Positions 26,961 to 42,800 of a DNA stretch of 64,000 nucleotides are shown piece after piece (position 1 is the first letter of the stretch; each line of letters starts with the position of its first letter). Made by a program: the position numbers and the translations under genes. The DNA is taken from positions 76,074,001 to 76,138,000 of the forward strand of contig OZ024747.1 in the NCBI GenBank assembly GCA_964016885.1, in the 5' to 3' direction. This DNA comes from Eledone cirrhosa (Eukaryota). A model generated the notes under the pieces. It did not search any database and had not been told where the DNA came from. It saw only the letters and a list, made by a program, of their open reading frames with translations.

Positions 26961-27676
26961 TACGATTACCCGCACATACAAGCGCACTTAATACATACCT
27001 ATTGTTCAATAATTACATTTATTCACAAAGATTTCTCAGCTGCTTCGTACTAGTCATTAGTAGATGATATAATTGTGTTTGATATATCAACCAGCTTGAG
27101 ATAAGTCTCGATATTTGCTATCAATTTGTATCGGTTTTGGTTAAAGTGCAACAAAAGACATACGAGCTATTCATCCAACCATCTTACCAACATTAGCTAT
27201 GCATTTTAAAAGTCTATATACTCATTTATTCAGTTTATACCTTTTTAGTGTTGTTTCGAAAATCTAATTAAAATAAAAATTATTGCTTCAGGAACAACAC
27301 GAATATATTATTTTGATATTGCATCACGTTTATATTATTTTTCTATTTAATATTTTATATTTTTCCTGTGTGTGTGTGTTTTTTATTAATATAAATTTAT
27401 TATTTTGTTGTTTTATATATATTTTATTTCCCGAATTGCTATTTACTTGAAAATAATTCATTGCATAAGATAACTTTTAACGAAGACTTTTATATGGTTT
27501 CACGTCATGATCAATATGTATTATTATATACATATATATTTTTTTTCATATATAATTACTACTTGTTTATCAACCATATATTTCAAGATTATTCTTGCAG
27601 CGTCTGTCGAAAATTCATTTTATTGGTTGCAGAAAATTCAATTATCTTAATACACACACACACTCACTCCCCCCCC

Positions 27677-27766
<90 letters not shown>

Positions 27767-27828
27767 CTATCTATCTATATATATATATATATATATATAA
27801 AACCTCGCAAAACAAATTCATCGCCGTT

Positions 27829-27922
<94 letters not shown>

Positions 27923-29130
27923 ATATTTATATATACATATTTATAAATGCATGTATACAGACGCAAATATATCTGTATGTGTGTTTGTACATGTGTGTTT
28001 ATATTTTATATATTTTTACGTTATATCCTACAGTATTTTCCTATATTTCGATATTTTCAAACGTACCAAACTTTGGGTGTTGGATATGGGTAAATCTTTA
28101 TGTATGGAATATAGAAATGAGCATTTTTGGTGCAATCTCTTAATTCCTAATAAATCTATCAATTAGTGTTCGAATTTCTATATGTTGCAATCGGATATAA
28201 AAGAAACAGAATAAGAAAAAGTGATGGAGATAGAGGGGAGTGAATTGATTAAACTGTTGATACCAACCGAAACTGTTTAGTATGATATAACAATTCCCCA
28301 ATTTAAACAATTCATACTTATATTGAAACCTAACATCATAATTCCATTTAAAACAGTTTTGTTAAGCTCTCTTTCATTCATCATCTTACTATTGAAAAGG
28401 TTAATTGCCTCAAGAAACTCTTCAAATATTTGAAGATTTTGATATTCATAGACAGTGTATTTTATTAGATATTCGGCAATAAAAGATTAATATTTAATGA
28501 TATTAGTTCGACCCATATAGTCATTTTTTTTCATTGGGAGTGAAGATAAACATAATGAAAAGTGGTAGAAGTACATAGTTTATTGTGCAAAAGAGTGACA
28601 GGATAGGAGTGAAACTGGAGTAATTGTGTGAAAAGAAACAACATAGCTGAAAAAAATGTTGTAAGAAACATTCGCATGATAAATTCATATTGAAAAGTTT
28701 GGAAACTTAATTGATTGTGTTGAGAAAGATTGTACTTCCACGAATGTAAAACTAATATAAAGTATGTGCTTTATTTATGATTTGTTTTAAATAAATAAAA
28801 AACACACAGAGATATAACGCATGCGCAAAAACCAAGTACTCAGCACACAACACACAAAATCAAGATTGTGTACGACAGAACAGAGGAGAGACAAGTAACA
28901 AATTAGTAACTGAGGAAGTCACAGAATATGTGACGAAAGAGCTTCGACAATAAATAAATAAATAACCATCCGGTTATTAAACCAACCAACCGGAAATTTT
29001 TAATAAATTGAAGTAAAAATAACGGGTGTGCGTATTTCTATTGGCAGCATGACCTTTTAAAGTATAACGATATCTGTTTCAACACACGTTTTCAAATAAG
29101 AAATCCTGCAAAACAAATTCAGAAACGAAG

Positions 29131-29223
<93 letters not shown>

Positions 29224-29225
<2 letters not shown>

Positions 29226-29331
29226 CAAAGGAATTGTGGTAAGGAACCAGATGGACCATAACGCACCAGAGTACTCAGTCTGGAAATAGCCGTCGAAACG
29301 GATGAGCTCTGCCGTCGGGGTCATACTTTTT

Positions 29332-29333
<2 letters not shown>
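29224..29333 (-). mobile_element. Family D fold-back element, truncated (tail plus inverted HHR 3' half)
   Basis: Homologous to 52821-53227 and 62773-62912; in (TA)n. Confidence 0.8.
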
Positions 29334-29375
<42 letters not shown>

Positions 29376-29454
29376 TGTGTATATATACTTATATGTACAT
29401 ATATGTGTACATACATATATATATATACGTATATATATGTGTATATACATACAC

Positions 29455-29514
<60 letters not shown>

Positions 29515-30832
29515 TATTCTTTAGATATGCGAAACACTTTATAGTTTTGTATTTATTAGTAGTAGAAGAAAAAAATTCTCCATAAACGTCTCTGGCTTCC
29601 TGACACTTATTACATCGATCTGACTGATACTAATTTGGTATTCCTCCTTTTTATACTCTTATCCAGGGCTTAATATCGGCAGTTGACTATTATTTAATAT
29701 ATTACCTACCTCTACGTAGCAAAAAAATCAATGAATATCTGCATGTTCTCTGAAACCTCATAAAATACATACGGTGTCACAACCTACTGAAATTGCTATA
29801 ATACCAGGCAAATATATCATTGCAAAACGTTAAAGTATCTTCACAATACCAGCCAGGCCAGCTTCAAACATGTCTTCCGTTCGAAGTGACAAACTTGTAA
29901 TGTCAAGATTTAATTAGGGTCCCAGTTTAATTTAAGTTGAACATCTGCTAATAAACATTCAAAATATAATGTAATAAACAGACTGCTAGCAACTGCTGAT
30001 AATTAACACCAAGATAGTCCCAAATATGCACTTTAATGGTATTGATCGTCAGGCCTGTTATTTGTTGTTTTATGTCAAAAGAGGAAAACTATATCGTATT
30101 TTGTTTTTGCTTCTTCTTATTTCCAATTTCTGTGACATAGAAAGTAAGATAAAACATTTCATAGAAAATAAAATATGAAGAGATGCAAAACTAAATAACT
30201 TATAAAAATCCATTTACCATTCTGGTAGTGATTTGTAACATGTCCACAAGATGTTGGAGGAAAATTGATTTAATCTACCATAGGTTTTAACTGCTCTGCT
30301 GTATCCTTATGAAGTTACACCTGTTTTGGAAAGTGTAAATCCTAATATAATAGGGAAAGAACATCATATAGAACATCATACGAAAAGAACATCATATAGC
30401 ACATAACTTCTAACAGCATTTTTATGATAAAAATGGCTAAAGTGTAACATGATCACGATATTAAATGACTATAATATTGAGCAGATTTGAGTTGACGAGC
30501 TAAGGATTTACATTGATCTGGATGTTGAACCTGTTTAAAAAAATGCATTGTTACGGTTCATGTGTTCATGCTTCTATGTGTAATTGGTTCGGTGGAATAC
30601 TGCACAACCTTTTCTGAAGGAACGGTGTCAAATTATCTGTAATGATAAATGTAGAGGCACGTTCTAGAAAGTAGCAAGAATATGACATGTACACTTTGGT
30701 AGGGCATTCTAATACTTACGTTTTATCCTTAATTATATTTGGTAACCCTCAGTTAAATACTTCTATTCATATTTCCTAATGAATTTTTTTTATTAACGAG
30801 TACATTAACATTATACATTCTTGTAAGTTCGA

Positions 30833-31005
30833 TTGGCAGTATCGGTAGAGGGTCGGACGCCATGCTTTGACGCATAGAGTTATGGCCCTTGTCATTCTGA
30901 GGTCAACTTTGCCTTTCATCCTTACGGGGTCGACAAAATAAAGTACGAGTAATACACTGGGTAATTGCTGGCCTTGCGCCAAAAGTAGAAACAATTATTA
31001 TTATT
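30833..31005 (+). mobile_element. tRNA-derived SINE
   Basis: tggcagtatcggtagag head; gaggtcaactttgcctttcatccttacggggtcgacaaaataaagtac core; (ATT)n tail. Confidence 0.8.
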
Positions 31006-31771
31006 GTAAGGTTTACCTAAGTTTTGTTTCAAGAAAGAAAACATTTTATGAAGTCGGTATATCATGAATAATAAATATTGCTATATTAATTATCATTAAT
31101 TAATATTAATTCTCATTAATTCATATTAATTTGGCCATACGCATTAATACACATCAACAGAAATGGAAAATCTTTCGACTAATAAATATCAGAAAATAAA
31201 GTTAACCGGATTGCATGGATTGAAAGCAGAAACAATACGGATAATAATAGTTGCTTTTAGAATTGTAAAAGTATATTCAGAGTCATACAAACGCTAGATC
31301 TTTGGCATTAAGACAAGATACAGGCAGTAAGACTGCAAAGTACAGCAAACATATTAATTAAATGCTATAGAAAATCTGTAAAACAAGATTGCTACAGAAA
31401 TAATGACAATCATACATTCAATGTTTCCTTGCCTGGTCAATTTTCCATCAATTCAGTGGAATAGTCAAGCTTCTTATTTCCCCATAGAAATCATATCATT
31501 TTACATTGAGTTACGTTAAGCGCGAAATTATCTGGAATCTTTGCTCATTCTATGCCATCCAAATATATGACTTCCTATCTCGCTAGTATCGGGATACTCT
31601 CTCAAATTGTTCTTTATTAAAAACATTAGCTTTAGACCTGGCCTTTTTATTGATACATTTGCTGAGTTATCGGCAAAAATATAATTGAAAATATTCCCTT
31701 GTCTGTAATATTCCATCTATATACTGTTATCAATCTGTGTATCTCTCTCCAACTCCCCCTCTCTCTCTTTC

Positions 31772-31806
<35 letters not shown>

Positions 31807-32370
31807 ATACATGTGTGTGTGTCTGTCTGTGTGTGTTTGTTCGTGTGTGTATATGAGTATTCATACATAAATACTCATCTCTTTCTCTTCGTCATCAAGC
31901 TATCACTCCTTTTCTTACAACCACAATATTTCACTATTTTTGTTTCTTCACGACAAGAAACTTAACTCTATAAAAGGCTCCTAGCAGAATCATTTCTTAT
32001 TACCGATTGTATATTGTTTCAATACTGTTTATGCAAGGAATTTGAATAGAAGAGAAATTATACATAAACCTTAACCGTTGTTATATGTTTCAATTTATAT
32101 AATAATCGCTTTTTTGGTGTTTATAGTTTTTAATAAATAATTGTTGAATTTCTATGCCTATATTTCAATGATTTATCACAGAAGCAATCCATTTGTTGTT
32201 GTTTTTTTAGTTCTATATCAGCCTCACCAATATTGTAATCTTGCTATATATCTATATCGTTATAATATTTTGTTATACTATTGGATTTCCTAATCTATGG
32301 AGATCTTGAATAACTTATCTGCAAGAATTTGAGTCATTTTTCACAAATGTTCCTTGAAAGAAAGTTGATA

Positions 32371-32460
<90 letters not shown>

Positions 32461-33639
32461 AGAGAACTTCTATGCTTCATTTTACCACCAAAAAACAGCG
32501 CCAATATTTCCATCACTTCCATTTTAAAGATATATATACTGTACAATGAAATCCTTGATTTAAAGAATAAGTTGGAATGGTTACAGATGGTAAGTGTTTA
32601 ACCATAGATTTTTGTGAATTATGTTGACCTAGGGCTAAACATCATATGAAAATAACCCTATTTTTCGCGGATGTTACTCCTCCAATTCTTATTTGTAAAA
32701 TACTGATATCATCTCCCAATAACGAAATAATACATCAGTAGGTCAGCCCTGGAACTGTGGTCAAATGATTTCCAGCTCTACAACATCTCATCATTTGCAC
32801 CGGGTTTACATATGATGCTGCTGAAAAGTTTATTGGCTGACTATGAAGGAAAGTATCTCGAACGAACTGTAAAATCTTGCATGAATTAATTTCAACTCTT
32901 CTGCTTAATAACGTCACTGTTTCTTTCCAAAGACTATATTGAAAAGTAAACCACGTTTAGTCATTCCATGAGAACTTCTCGGTCAGCCTATGGACTTTTC
33001 AGTCGACCCTTGTGTACCAGAACACGTTTGCTCTCTCTTCAAGACGGTGAGATTTTGTTTGTCGGAGACGTGACTGCAATTTCAATTAGACAACTGTACG
33101 TGTTTTTATAACGGGAATCTAAATTCAACTGCAGATAGCAGTGAATCAAGTACATAAAATATATGACATATAGTTTATTCCCAGAGGAAGTTTCAACATG
33201 TTAACAGAAAAATGAATAAATAAACAAATGTTGCAAATCCATTAACATCAATTAAATACAGATTTATTAAATTGAAATGTATTTAAAATTTTGAAACCTG
33301 CCGTGCGATTAAAAAAATCTTTATTGCAAAAACATATAACATTTTGTTTCTGGAAAATATTTGGAAACGAAAACCTCTCTTTTGCTGATCATGCAGAAAA
33401 CAGAAGATTATTTAACGGGTTTCACAGGATTACAGGGTTTATCGAAAGGAAGTGTGTATACCTACCATAAATTGATGATATGGTCCCGTAACTCCTGACA
33501 GTCATAGGGGCACCGTAGTATGCAGTGTTTGTTGGGCAATTTAAACCTCTTATCAAAGAGATAAGAGACAATATCAAAATCAATTATTAATCTCTGTCCC
33601 TGATTCCCCTTATAACATGTATATTTATGGATGTCTTTG

Positions 33640-33820
33640 AGCAAGATGGTTGGATAACATCCACAAGCTTAGCTGGAGATGGTTACATATGACAGGAGCC
33701 GCTGGAAGGAGTGTTTGAGGACTCTGCCTCCACTACCCTCTTAAGTGAAAGAAGAAGAAGAAGAAGAAGAAGAAGAAGAAGAAGAAGAAGAAGAAGAAGA
33801 AGAAGAAGAAGAAGAAGAAG
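33640..33820 (+). mobile_element. RTE-like LINE 3' end with (GAA)n tail
   Basis: Translates to RWLDNI...DRSRWKECL, followed by (GAA)n. Confidence 0.5.
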
Positions 33821-35603
33821 ATAGTTTTTAATACCAAATCTTACAAGGTATTAAGGCATTGGTTAACTTGAAACAATAATAGGAGCTTTACCAAGACGTC
33901 ATGCGGTATGACAAAAAGGAGGCCTACGTTGTGGTGTAGCAGACCTCTTGAGTACAACCCCGTCTACACCAATGCCTACATATTTTCTAAGTATGACCTT
34001 TCGTATTAGTATTAATGGTTTGACATAGTTGAGTAGCAGCTCTAAAAGAAATATGTTCTTTGTGTGTAACAGCTCCCACCTATGCAGGTTTAGCTGGCCT
34101 CCTCCAAGGTATATCTCGTTGGAGGTGTCTTGGGTAATTTAATGATAGAGAACCCAGTCCTATCATCTCATTTCTACAGCTGAGAAAACTGGAGCAACGT
34201 GAAATAAAGTGTCTTGCTCAAGGAAACAACACATCACCCGGTCCGAGAATTGAACTCACAACCTTTCGATTTCAAGCCCAATGTTCTTATATGTTCTCTG
34301 CTATAATGTTATTCATTTCCAACTTCTACATAGAAATATTGGTTACAAAACTAGTTAAAATATATGTCACTTGCTAAACATACACGCACGTTGATTCGTC
34401 ATGTAGCTGTAATTCTAAATGTCTCCTGCACGTGATAATAGCGTTGATGTGCACCAAATAATTAAAAGTAACAGTTGCTGAAATTTTCAGAGATTCAAAA
34501 TGTTAGATCGTCCATTCATTTATCAAATTCCTTTCCATCAGGTAGCATTATGTCCCAAATCTCGAATAGTGAGCTGTAGAAAATTCATTCCAGACATTTT
34601 AACTATAAGAAGCTTAGTTAAGACACGCTGATTCTAGTGTATATTGCGTTGTGTGTCAATTTAATCGGAGCTTAAACGCAGAGTATAGAGCAGTAGAAAT
34701 ACATGATTATTTCCTTATCTATTGACCGGAATTATTCCACTAGTATTACTTTAATTACATTTACACATGTGTCTTCTAACGTACAGGAAACTCTAACTAG
34801 ACAATTCTACCACAGGCAACTCTAACTAGACAACTCTACCATAGGCAACTCTAACTATTTCTGATAAAAACAAATCTGAGATGAAAACTTGATTTTTTGG
34901 TATAAAAGTTAAGATTAATTTATAAAAATGTTTATATATTCTATGAGTCATGTGCAAGTCAGAAAACCAATTTTCTTCAAATTAATCAGAGAATTCTATT
35001 GTATGACTTTTCTATTACATTACATTTAAAATTGCATTTATCTATTAATTGTTGTAATGCAAATATTCCGAAGATTGTCTGACAGTATATCCATAAATGA
35101 CAGGCGATAAATGACATCAAATTTCAACTGGATTATACTATGTTTGCATATACAATAAAACGAAAACAAAAGCGGAAAAATTATTTGGAGAAGGCATTTC
35201 TGCGGGGAATAGCCAGTGATACCCTCTTCCCATCATCATGATCGAGGTCAGCAAGATCTAATTGTAATGGGAAACTAGCTACATCAAGTTTCCTTCTGAT
35301 TATGTCATTCAAGAAGGAGTCCCGAGCAAACCGACATGCACTGTTGCAACAAGAGAGTGGGTGTAGTTAAAACTCGTTGACTATGACTTCCCAGTGGCTT
35401 TTGTATAACCTGCAAACCTGGAGCCCTAAAGGTTGGACATTACAATATTGGGGAAACTGCTCTTACACCTTAAAGAGTTTACTATATCCCCATAACAAAC
35501 TTAGTTCCCTAACACTTGGATTATTACAATCCTATACAATCAATAACCGCTTCGGATTTACCATATCTCCTGATTGTAAGAGGGATATAAATTGACATTT
35601 ATT

Positions 35604-35644
35604 TATTTATATACGTACACACCCTGTTACACATACACACACAC

Positions 35645-35688
<44 letters not shown>

Positions 35689-35729
35689 GTGTGTGTGTAT
35701 GTGTAACAGGGTGTGTACGTATATAAATT
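35604..35729. repeat. Perfect palindrome centred on (TA)n
   Basis: atttatatacgtacacaccctgttacacatacacacacacg (TA)n cgtgtgtgtgtatgtgtaacagggtgtgtacgtatataaat. Confidence 0.9.
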
Positions 35730-36300
35730 GGACATATTACAATTGTTTCTCGGGTGACCAGCTCATGGTTGCCCATATCTTGCTTCTTCTCGTTCTACAC
35801 CTGTGAATCAAAATTTCTTCATGTATCAGAATTACCACTGTGGTGGGAGAGGGGCTGTAATCTTGAATGGGTGGCATCATTTCGACGTCTTCATTGCCCC
35901 TAGGGGCCTTAGTCTACATCGGTCAGGTACACACCCGCAATTATGATGTATGCGGCATTCATCATAAATAATGTTTGCGGGAATTAAAAAAAACCCAAAT
36001 CATAGGGATATTTAGCGTAACATTTGTAGGACACAGCCCTAGGATACACTCTGCCATACACATTTCAAAAGAAAAAGAAAAAGAAAAAGAAAAAGAAAAA
36101 GACAAAGAAAAAGAAAAAACCATATCGATCGTGCCTCGAGCTAGTCACCCGAGAAACAATTGTAATATGTCCAATAAATTCCTTTCGTCGCAACACTGAT
36201 TCTCTTTTTTCTGTGATATCATACTCTGCTCTACGAGGGCATTGAGTGCTCTTACGGCCTACCGCATACGGACGCTTTAAGCATCCAACACCAATTATAT
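35727..36300 (+). mobile_element. Fold-back PLE-type element with tail hairpin
   Basis: Arms 35727-35764 and 36138-36175 (HHR 3' half GAAACAATTGTA); tail TACTC-TGC-tctacgagg-GCA-TT-GAGTG at 36222-36248. Confidence 0.7.
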
Positions 36301-36342
36301 TATATATATATATATATATAATCGTTATAGACATCTCTATGT

Positions 36343-36473
<131 letters not shown>

Positions 36474-36534
36474 GAAATACCTGAAATAGAGCCCCTTGTT
36501 GTACAGCCAACCATGTTACACTTTATTCTTTCAC

Positions 36535-36574
<40 letters not shown>

Positions 36575-36826
36575 ATCGTTACAGACATCTCTAAGCTCTA
36601 TAGGTTCATTCTGTCAATACCATAGCAGAGGTGCGACGAGCTTTTGATTCCAGATTTGGGCCAGATCGATAGAGATCGAACGTTGATCGAACCAATAGCG
36701 GAAAGCACGTCACTACTCAATAAACATAATGATGACATAACAAAATATCCTTTTATTATTATATTTACACTTTGTTTAGTTCTACACCTCATTACAGACT
36801 GGAAACTACGTATTGAGTGCTCACAT

Positions 36827-36874
<48 letters not shown>

Positions 36875-36880
<6 letters not shown>

Positions 36881-39800
36881 TGAAACAAAATGAAAACGAA
36901 ATTTCATTTCTCACTCTTAGTATGGCACTTACTTAAATGTAAGTATGCATGTATACGTACATACATATATGTATACAGACGTACAGTAGCATGCACATAT
37001 ATATATATATATACATATATATATACATATGCATACAGGTACACATACATATATGCACGTATCAGTTTAGCGGCGCTAACGTCGCTTTGTTCGTTTGTAA
37101 ACAAACTGAACAGCCTGAATTTATGCCATACGGTGTTAAGGCAACCACGTCACCTTTTTGTTCAACACTGACACAGGAACGATGTACTAGTTTCAAGCTT
37201 GTTAGCTATCATCAGCACCGTTTACCCATCTGCCAGATAGTTGAACGTTCGAAAGTATATACTTTCCTTATGAAAATTAACGGCTGAGCAGCCTAATTTG
37301 CATATTGAGTGAGTTAAATCGGTCAGGCATACCGAAAACGATAAATTGAAACAAAATGAAAACGAAATTTCATTTCTCACTCTTAGTATGGCACTTACTT
37401 AAATGTAAGTATGCATGTATACGTACATACATATATGTATACAGACGTACAGTAGCATGCACATATATATATATATATATACATATATATATACATATGC
37501 ATACAGGTACACATACATATATGCACGTATCAGTTTAGCGGCGCTAACGTCGCTTTGTTCGTTTGTAAACAAACTGAACAGCCTGAATTTATGCCATACG
37601 GTGTTAAGGCAACCACGTCACCTTTTTGTTCAACACTGACACAGGAACGATGTACTAGTTTCAAGCTTGTTAGCTATCATCAGCACCGTTTACCCATCTG
37701 CCAGATAGTTGAACGTTCGAAAGTATATACATTCCTTATGAAAATTAACGGCTGAGCAGCCTAATTTGCATATTGAGTGAGTTAAATCGGTCAGGCATAC
37801 CGAAAACGATAAATTGAAACAAAATGAAAACGAAATTTCATTTCTCACTCTTAGTATGGCACTTACTTAAATGTAAGTATGCATGTATACGTACATACAT
37901 ATATGTATACAGACGTACAGTAGCATGCACATATATATATATATATATACATATATATATACATATGCATACAGGTACACATACATATATGCACGTATCA
38001 GTTTAGCGGCGCTAACGTCGCTTTGTTCGTTTGTAAACAAACTGAACAGCCTGAATTTATGCCATACGGTGTTAAGGCAACCACGTCACCTTTTTGTTCA
38101 ACACTGACACAGGAACGATGTACTAGTTTCAAGCTTGTTAGCTATCATCAGCACCGTTTACCCATCTGCCAGATAGTTGAACGTTCGAAAGTATATACTT
38201 TCCTTATGAAAATTAACGGCTGAGCAGCCTAATTTGCATATTGAGTGAGTTAAATCGGTCAGGCATACCGAAAACGATAAATTGAAACAAAATGAAAACG
38301 AAATTTCATTTCTCACTCTTAGTATGGCACTTACTTAAATGTAAGTATGCATGTATACGTACATACATATATGTATACAGACGTACAGTAGCATGCACAT
38401 ATATATATATATATATACATATATATATACATATGCATACAGGTACACATACATATATGCACGTATCAGTTTAGCGGCGCTAACGTCGCTTTGTTCGTTT
38501 GTAAACAAACTGAACAGCCTGAATTTATGCCATACGGTGTTAAGGCAACCACGTCACCTTTTTTGTTCAACACTGACACAGGAACGATGTACTAGTTTCA
38601 AGCTTGTTAGCTATCATCAGCACCGTTTACCCATCTGCCAGATAGTTGAACGTTCGAAAGTATATACTTTCCTTATGAAAATTAACGGCTGAGCAGCCTA
38701 ATTTGCATATTGAGTGAGTTAAATCGGTCAGGCATACCGAAAACGATAAATTGAAACAAAATGAAAACGAAATTTCATTTCTCACTCTTAGTATGGCACT
38801 TACTTAAATGTAAGTATGCATGTATACGTACATACATATATGTATACAGACGTACAGTAGCATGCACATATATATATATATATACATATATATATACATA
38901 TGCATACAGGTACACATACATATATGCACGTATCAGTTTAGCGGCGCTAACGTCGCTTTGTTCGTTTGTAAACAAACTGAACAGCCTGAATTTATGCCAT
39001 ACGGTGTTAAGGCAACCACGTCACCTTTTTGTTCAACACTGACACAGGAACGATGTACTAGTTTCAAGCTTGTTAGCTATCATCAGCACCGTTTACCCAT
39101 CTGCCAGATAGTTGAACGTTCGAAAGTATATACTTTCCTTATGAAAATTAACGGCTGAGCAGCCTAATTTGCATATTGAGTGAGTTAAATCGGTCAGGCA
39201 TACCGAAAACGATAAATTGAAACAAAATGAAAACGAAATTTCATTTCTCACTCTTAGTATGGCACTTACTTAAATGTAAGTATGCATGTATACGTACATA
39301 CATATATGTATACAGACGTACAGTAGCATGCACATATATATATATATATATACATATATATATACATATGCATACAGGTACACATACATATATGCACGTA
39401 TCAGTTTAGCGGCGCTAACGTCGCTTTGTTCGTTTGTAAACAAACTGAACAGCCTGAATTTATGCCATACGGTGTTAAGGCAACCACGTCACCTTTTTGT
39501 TCAACACTGACACAGGAACGATGTACTAGTTTCAAGCTTGTTAGCTATCATCAGCACCGTTTACCCATCTGCCAGATAGTTGAACGTTCGAAAGTATATA
39601 CATTCCTTATGAAAATTAACGGCTGAGCAGCCTAATTTGCATATTGAGTGAGTTAAATCGGTCAGGCATACCGAAAACGATAAATTGAAACAAAATGAAA
39701 ACGAAATTTCATTTCTCACTCTTAGTATGGCACTTACTTAAATGTAAGTATGCATGTATACGTACATACATATATGTATACAGACGTACAGTAGCATGCA

Positions 39801-42800
39801 CATATATATATATATATATACATATATATATACATATGCATACAGGTACACATACATATATGCACGTATCAGTTTAGCGGCGCTAACGTCGCTTTGTTCG
39901 TTTGTAAACAAACTGAACAGCCTGAATTTATGCCATACGGTGTTAAGGCAACCACGTCACCTTTTTGTTCAACACTGACACAGGAACGATGTACTAGTTT
40001 CAAGCTTGTTAGCTATCATCAGCACCGTTTACCCATCTGCCAGATAGTTGAACGTTCGAAAGTATATACTTTCCTTATGAAAATTAACGGCTGAGCAGCC
40101 TAATTTGCATATTGAGTGAGTTAAATCGGTCAGGCATACCGAAAACGATAAATTGAAACAAAATGAAAACGAAATTTCATTTCTCACTCTTAGTATGGCA
40201 CTTACTTAAATGTAAGTATGCATGTATACGTACATACATATATGTATACAGACGTACAGTAGCATGCACATATATATATATATATATATACATATATATA
40301 TACATATGCATACAGGTACACATACATATATGCACGTATCAGTTTAGCGGCGCTAACGTCGCTTTGTTCGTTTGTAAACAAACTGAACAGCCTGAATTTA
40401 TGCCATACGGTGTTAAGGCAACCACGTCACCTTTTTGTTCAACACTGACACAGGAACGATGTACTAGTTTCAAGCTTGTTAGCTATCATCAGCACCGTTT
40501 ACCCATCTGCCAGATAGTTGAACGTTCGAAAGTATATACATTCCTTATGAAAATTAACGGCTGAGCAGCCTAATTTGCATATTGAGTGAGTTAAATCGGT
40601 CAGGCATACCGAAAACGATAAATTGAAACAAAATGAAAACGAAATTTCATTTCTCACTCTTAGTATGGCACTTACTTAAATGTAAGTATGCATGTATACG
40701 TACATACATATATGTATACAGACGTACAGTAGCATGCACATATATATATATATATATACATATATATATACATATGCATACAGGTACACATACATATATG
40801 CACGTATCAGTTTAGCGGCGCTAACGTCGCTTTGTTCGTTTGTAAACAAACTGAACAGCCTGAATTTATGCCATACGGTGTTAAGGCAACCACGTCACCT
40901 TTTTGTTCAACACTGACACAGGAACGATGTACTAGTTTCAAGCTTGTTAGCTATCATCAGCACCGTTTACCCATCTGCCAGATAGTTGAACGTTCGAAAG
41001 TATATACTTTCCTTATGAAAATTAACGGCTGAGCAGCCTAATTTGCATATTGAGTGAGTTAAATCGGTCAGGCATACCGAAAACGATAAATTGAAACAAA
41101 ATGAAAACGAAATTTCATTTCTCACTCTTAGTATGGCACTTACTTAAATGTAAGTATGCATGTATACGTACATACATATATGTATACAGACGTACAGTAG
41201 CATGCACATATATATATATATATATACATATATATATACATATGCATACAGGTACACATACATATATGCACGTATCAGTTTAGCGGCGCTAACGTCGCTT
41301 TGTTCGTTTGTAAACAAACTGAACAGCCTGAATTTATGCCATACGGTGTTAAGGCAACCACGTCACCTTTTTGTTCAACACTGACACAGGAACGATGTAC
41401 TAGTTTCAAGCTTGTTAGCTATCATCAGCACCGTTTACCCATCTGCCAGATAGTTGAACGTTCGAAAGTATATACATTCCTTATGAAAATTAACGGCTGA
41501 GCAGCCTAATTTGCATATTGAGTGAGTTAAATCGGTCAGGCATACCGAAAACGATAAATTGAAACAAAATGAAAACGAAATTTCATTTCTCACTCTTAGT
41601 ATGGCACTTACTTAAATGTAAGTATGCATGTATACGTACATACATATATGTATACAGACGTACAGTAGCATGCACATATATATATATATATATACATATA
41701 TATATACATATGCATACAGGTACACATACATATATGCACGTATCAGTTTAGCGGCGCTAACGTCGCTTTGTTCGTTTGTAAACAAACTGAACAGCCTGAA
41801 TTTATGCCATACGGTGTTAAGGCAACCACGTCACCTTTTTGTTCAACACTGACACAGGAACGATGTACTAGTTTCAAGCTTGTTAGCTATCATCAGCACC
41901 GTTTACCCATCTGCCAGATAGTTGAACGTTCGAAAGTATATACTTTCCTTATGAAAATTAACGGCTGAGCAGCCTAATTTGCATATTGAGTGAGTTAAAT
42001 CGGTCAGGCATACCGAAAACGATAAATTGAAACAAAATGAAAACGAAATTTCATTTCTCACTCTTAGTATGGCACTTACTTAAATGTAAGTATGCATGTA
42101 TACGTACATACATATATGTATACAGACGTACAGTAGCATGCACATATATATATATATATATACATATATATATACATATGCATACAGGTACACATACATA
42201 TATGCACGTATCAGTTTAGCGGCGCTAACGTCGCTTTGTTCGTTTGTAAACAAACTGAACAGCCTGAATTTATGCCATACGGTGTTAAGGCAACCACGTC
42301 ACCTTTTTTGTTCAACACTGACACAGGAACGATGTACTAGTTTCAAGCTTGTTAGCTATCATCAGCACCGTTTACCCATCTGCCAGATAGTTGAACGTTC
42401 GAAAGTATATACTTTCCTTATGAAAATTAACGGCTGAGCAGCCTAATTTGCATATTGAGTGAGTTAAATCGGTCAGGCATACCGAAAACGATAAATTGAA
42501 ACAAAATGAAAACGAAATTTCATTTCTCACTCTTAGTATGGCACTTACTTAAATGTAAGTATGCATGTATACGTACATACATATATGTATACAGACGTAC
42601 AGTAGCATGCACATATATATATATATATACATATATATATACATATGCATACAGGTACACATACATATATGCACGTATCAGTTTAGCGGCGCTAACGTCG
42701 CTTTGTTCGTTTGTAAACAAACTGAACAGCCTGAATTTATGCCATACGGTGTTAAGGCAACCACGTCACCTTTTTGTTCAACACTGACACAGGAACGATG

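Noticed and set aside
32735-32917. Host terminal exon
   Set aside because: Short open frames on both strands, no recognisable homology, ambiguous splice signals.
37300-37312. tattgagtg in the array unit as the tail-hairpin motif
   Set aside because: It is on the strand opposite the HHR and has no pairing ACTC stem. This family instead ends in gccRtactaagagtg followed by an aaatgaaa/tttcattt hairpin.
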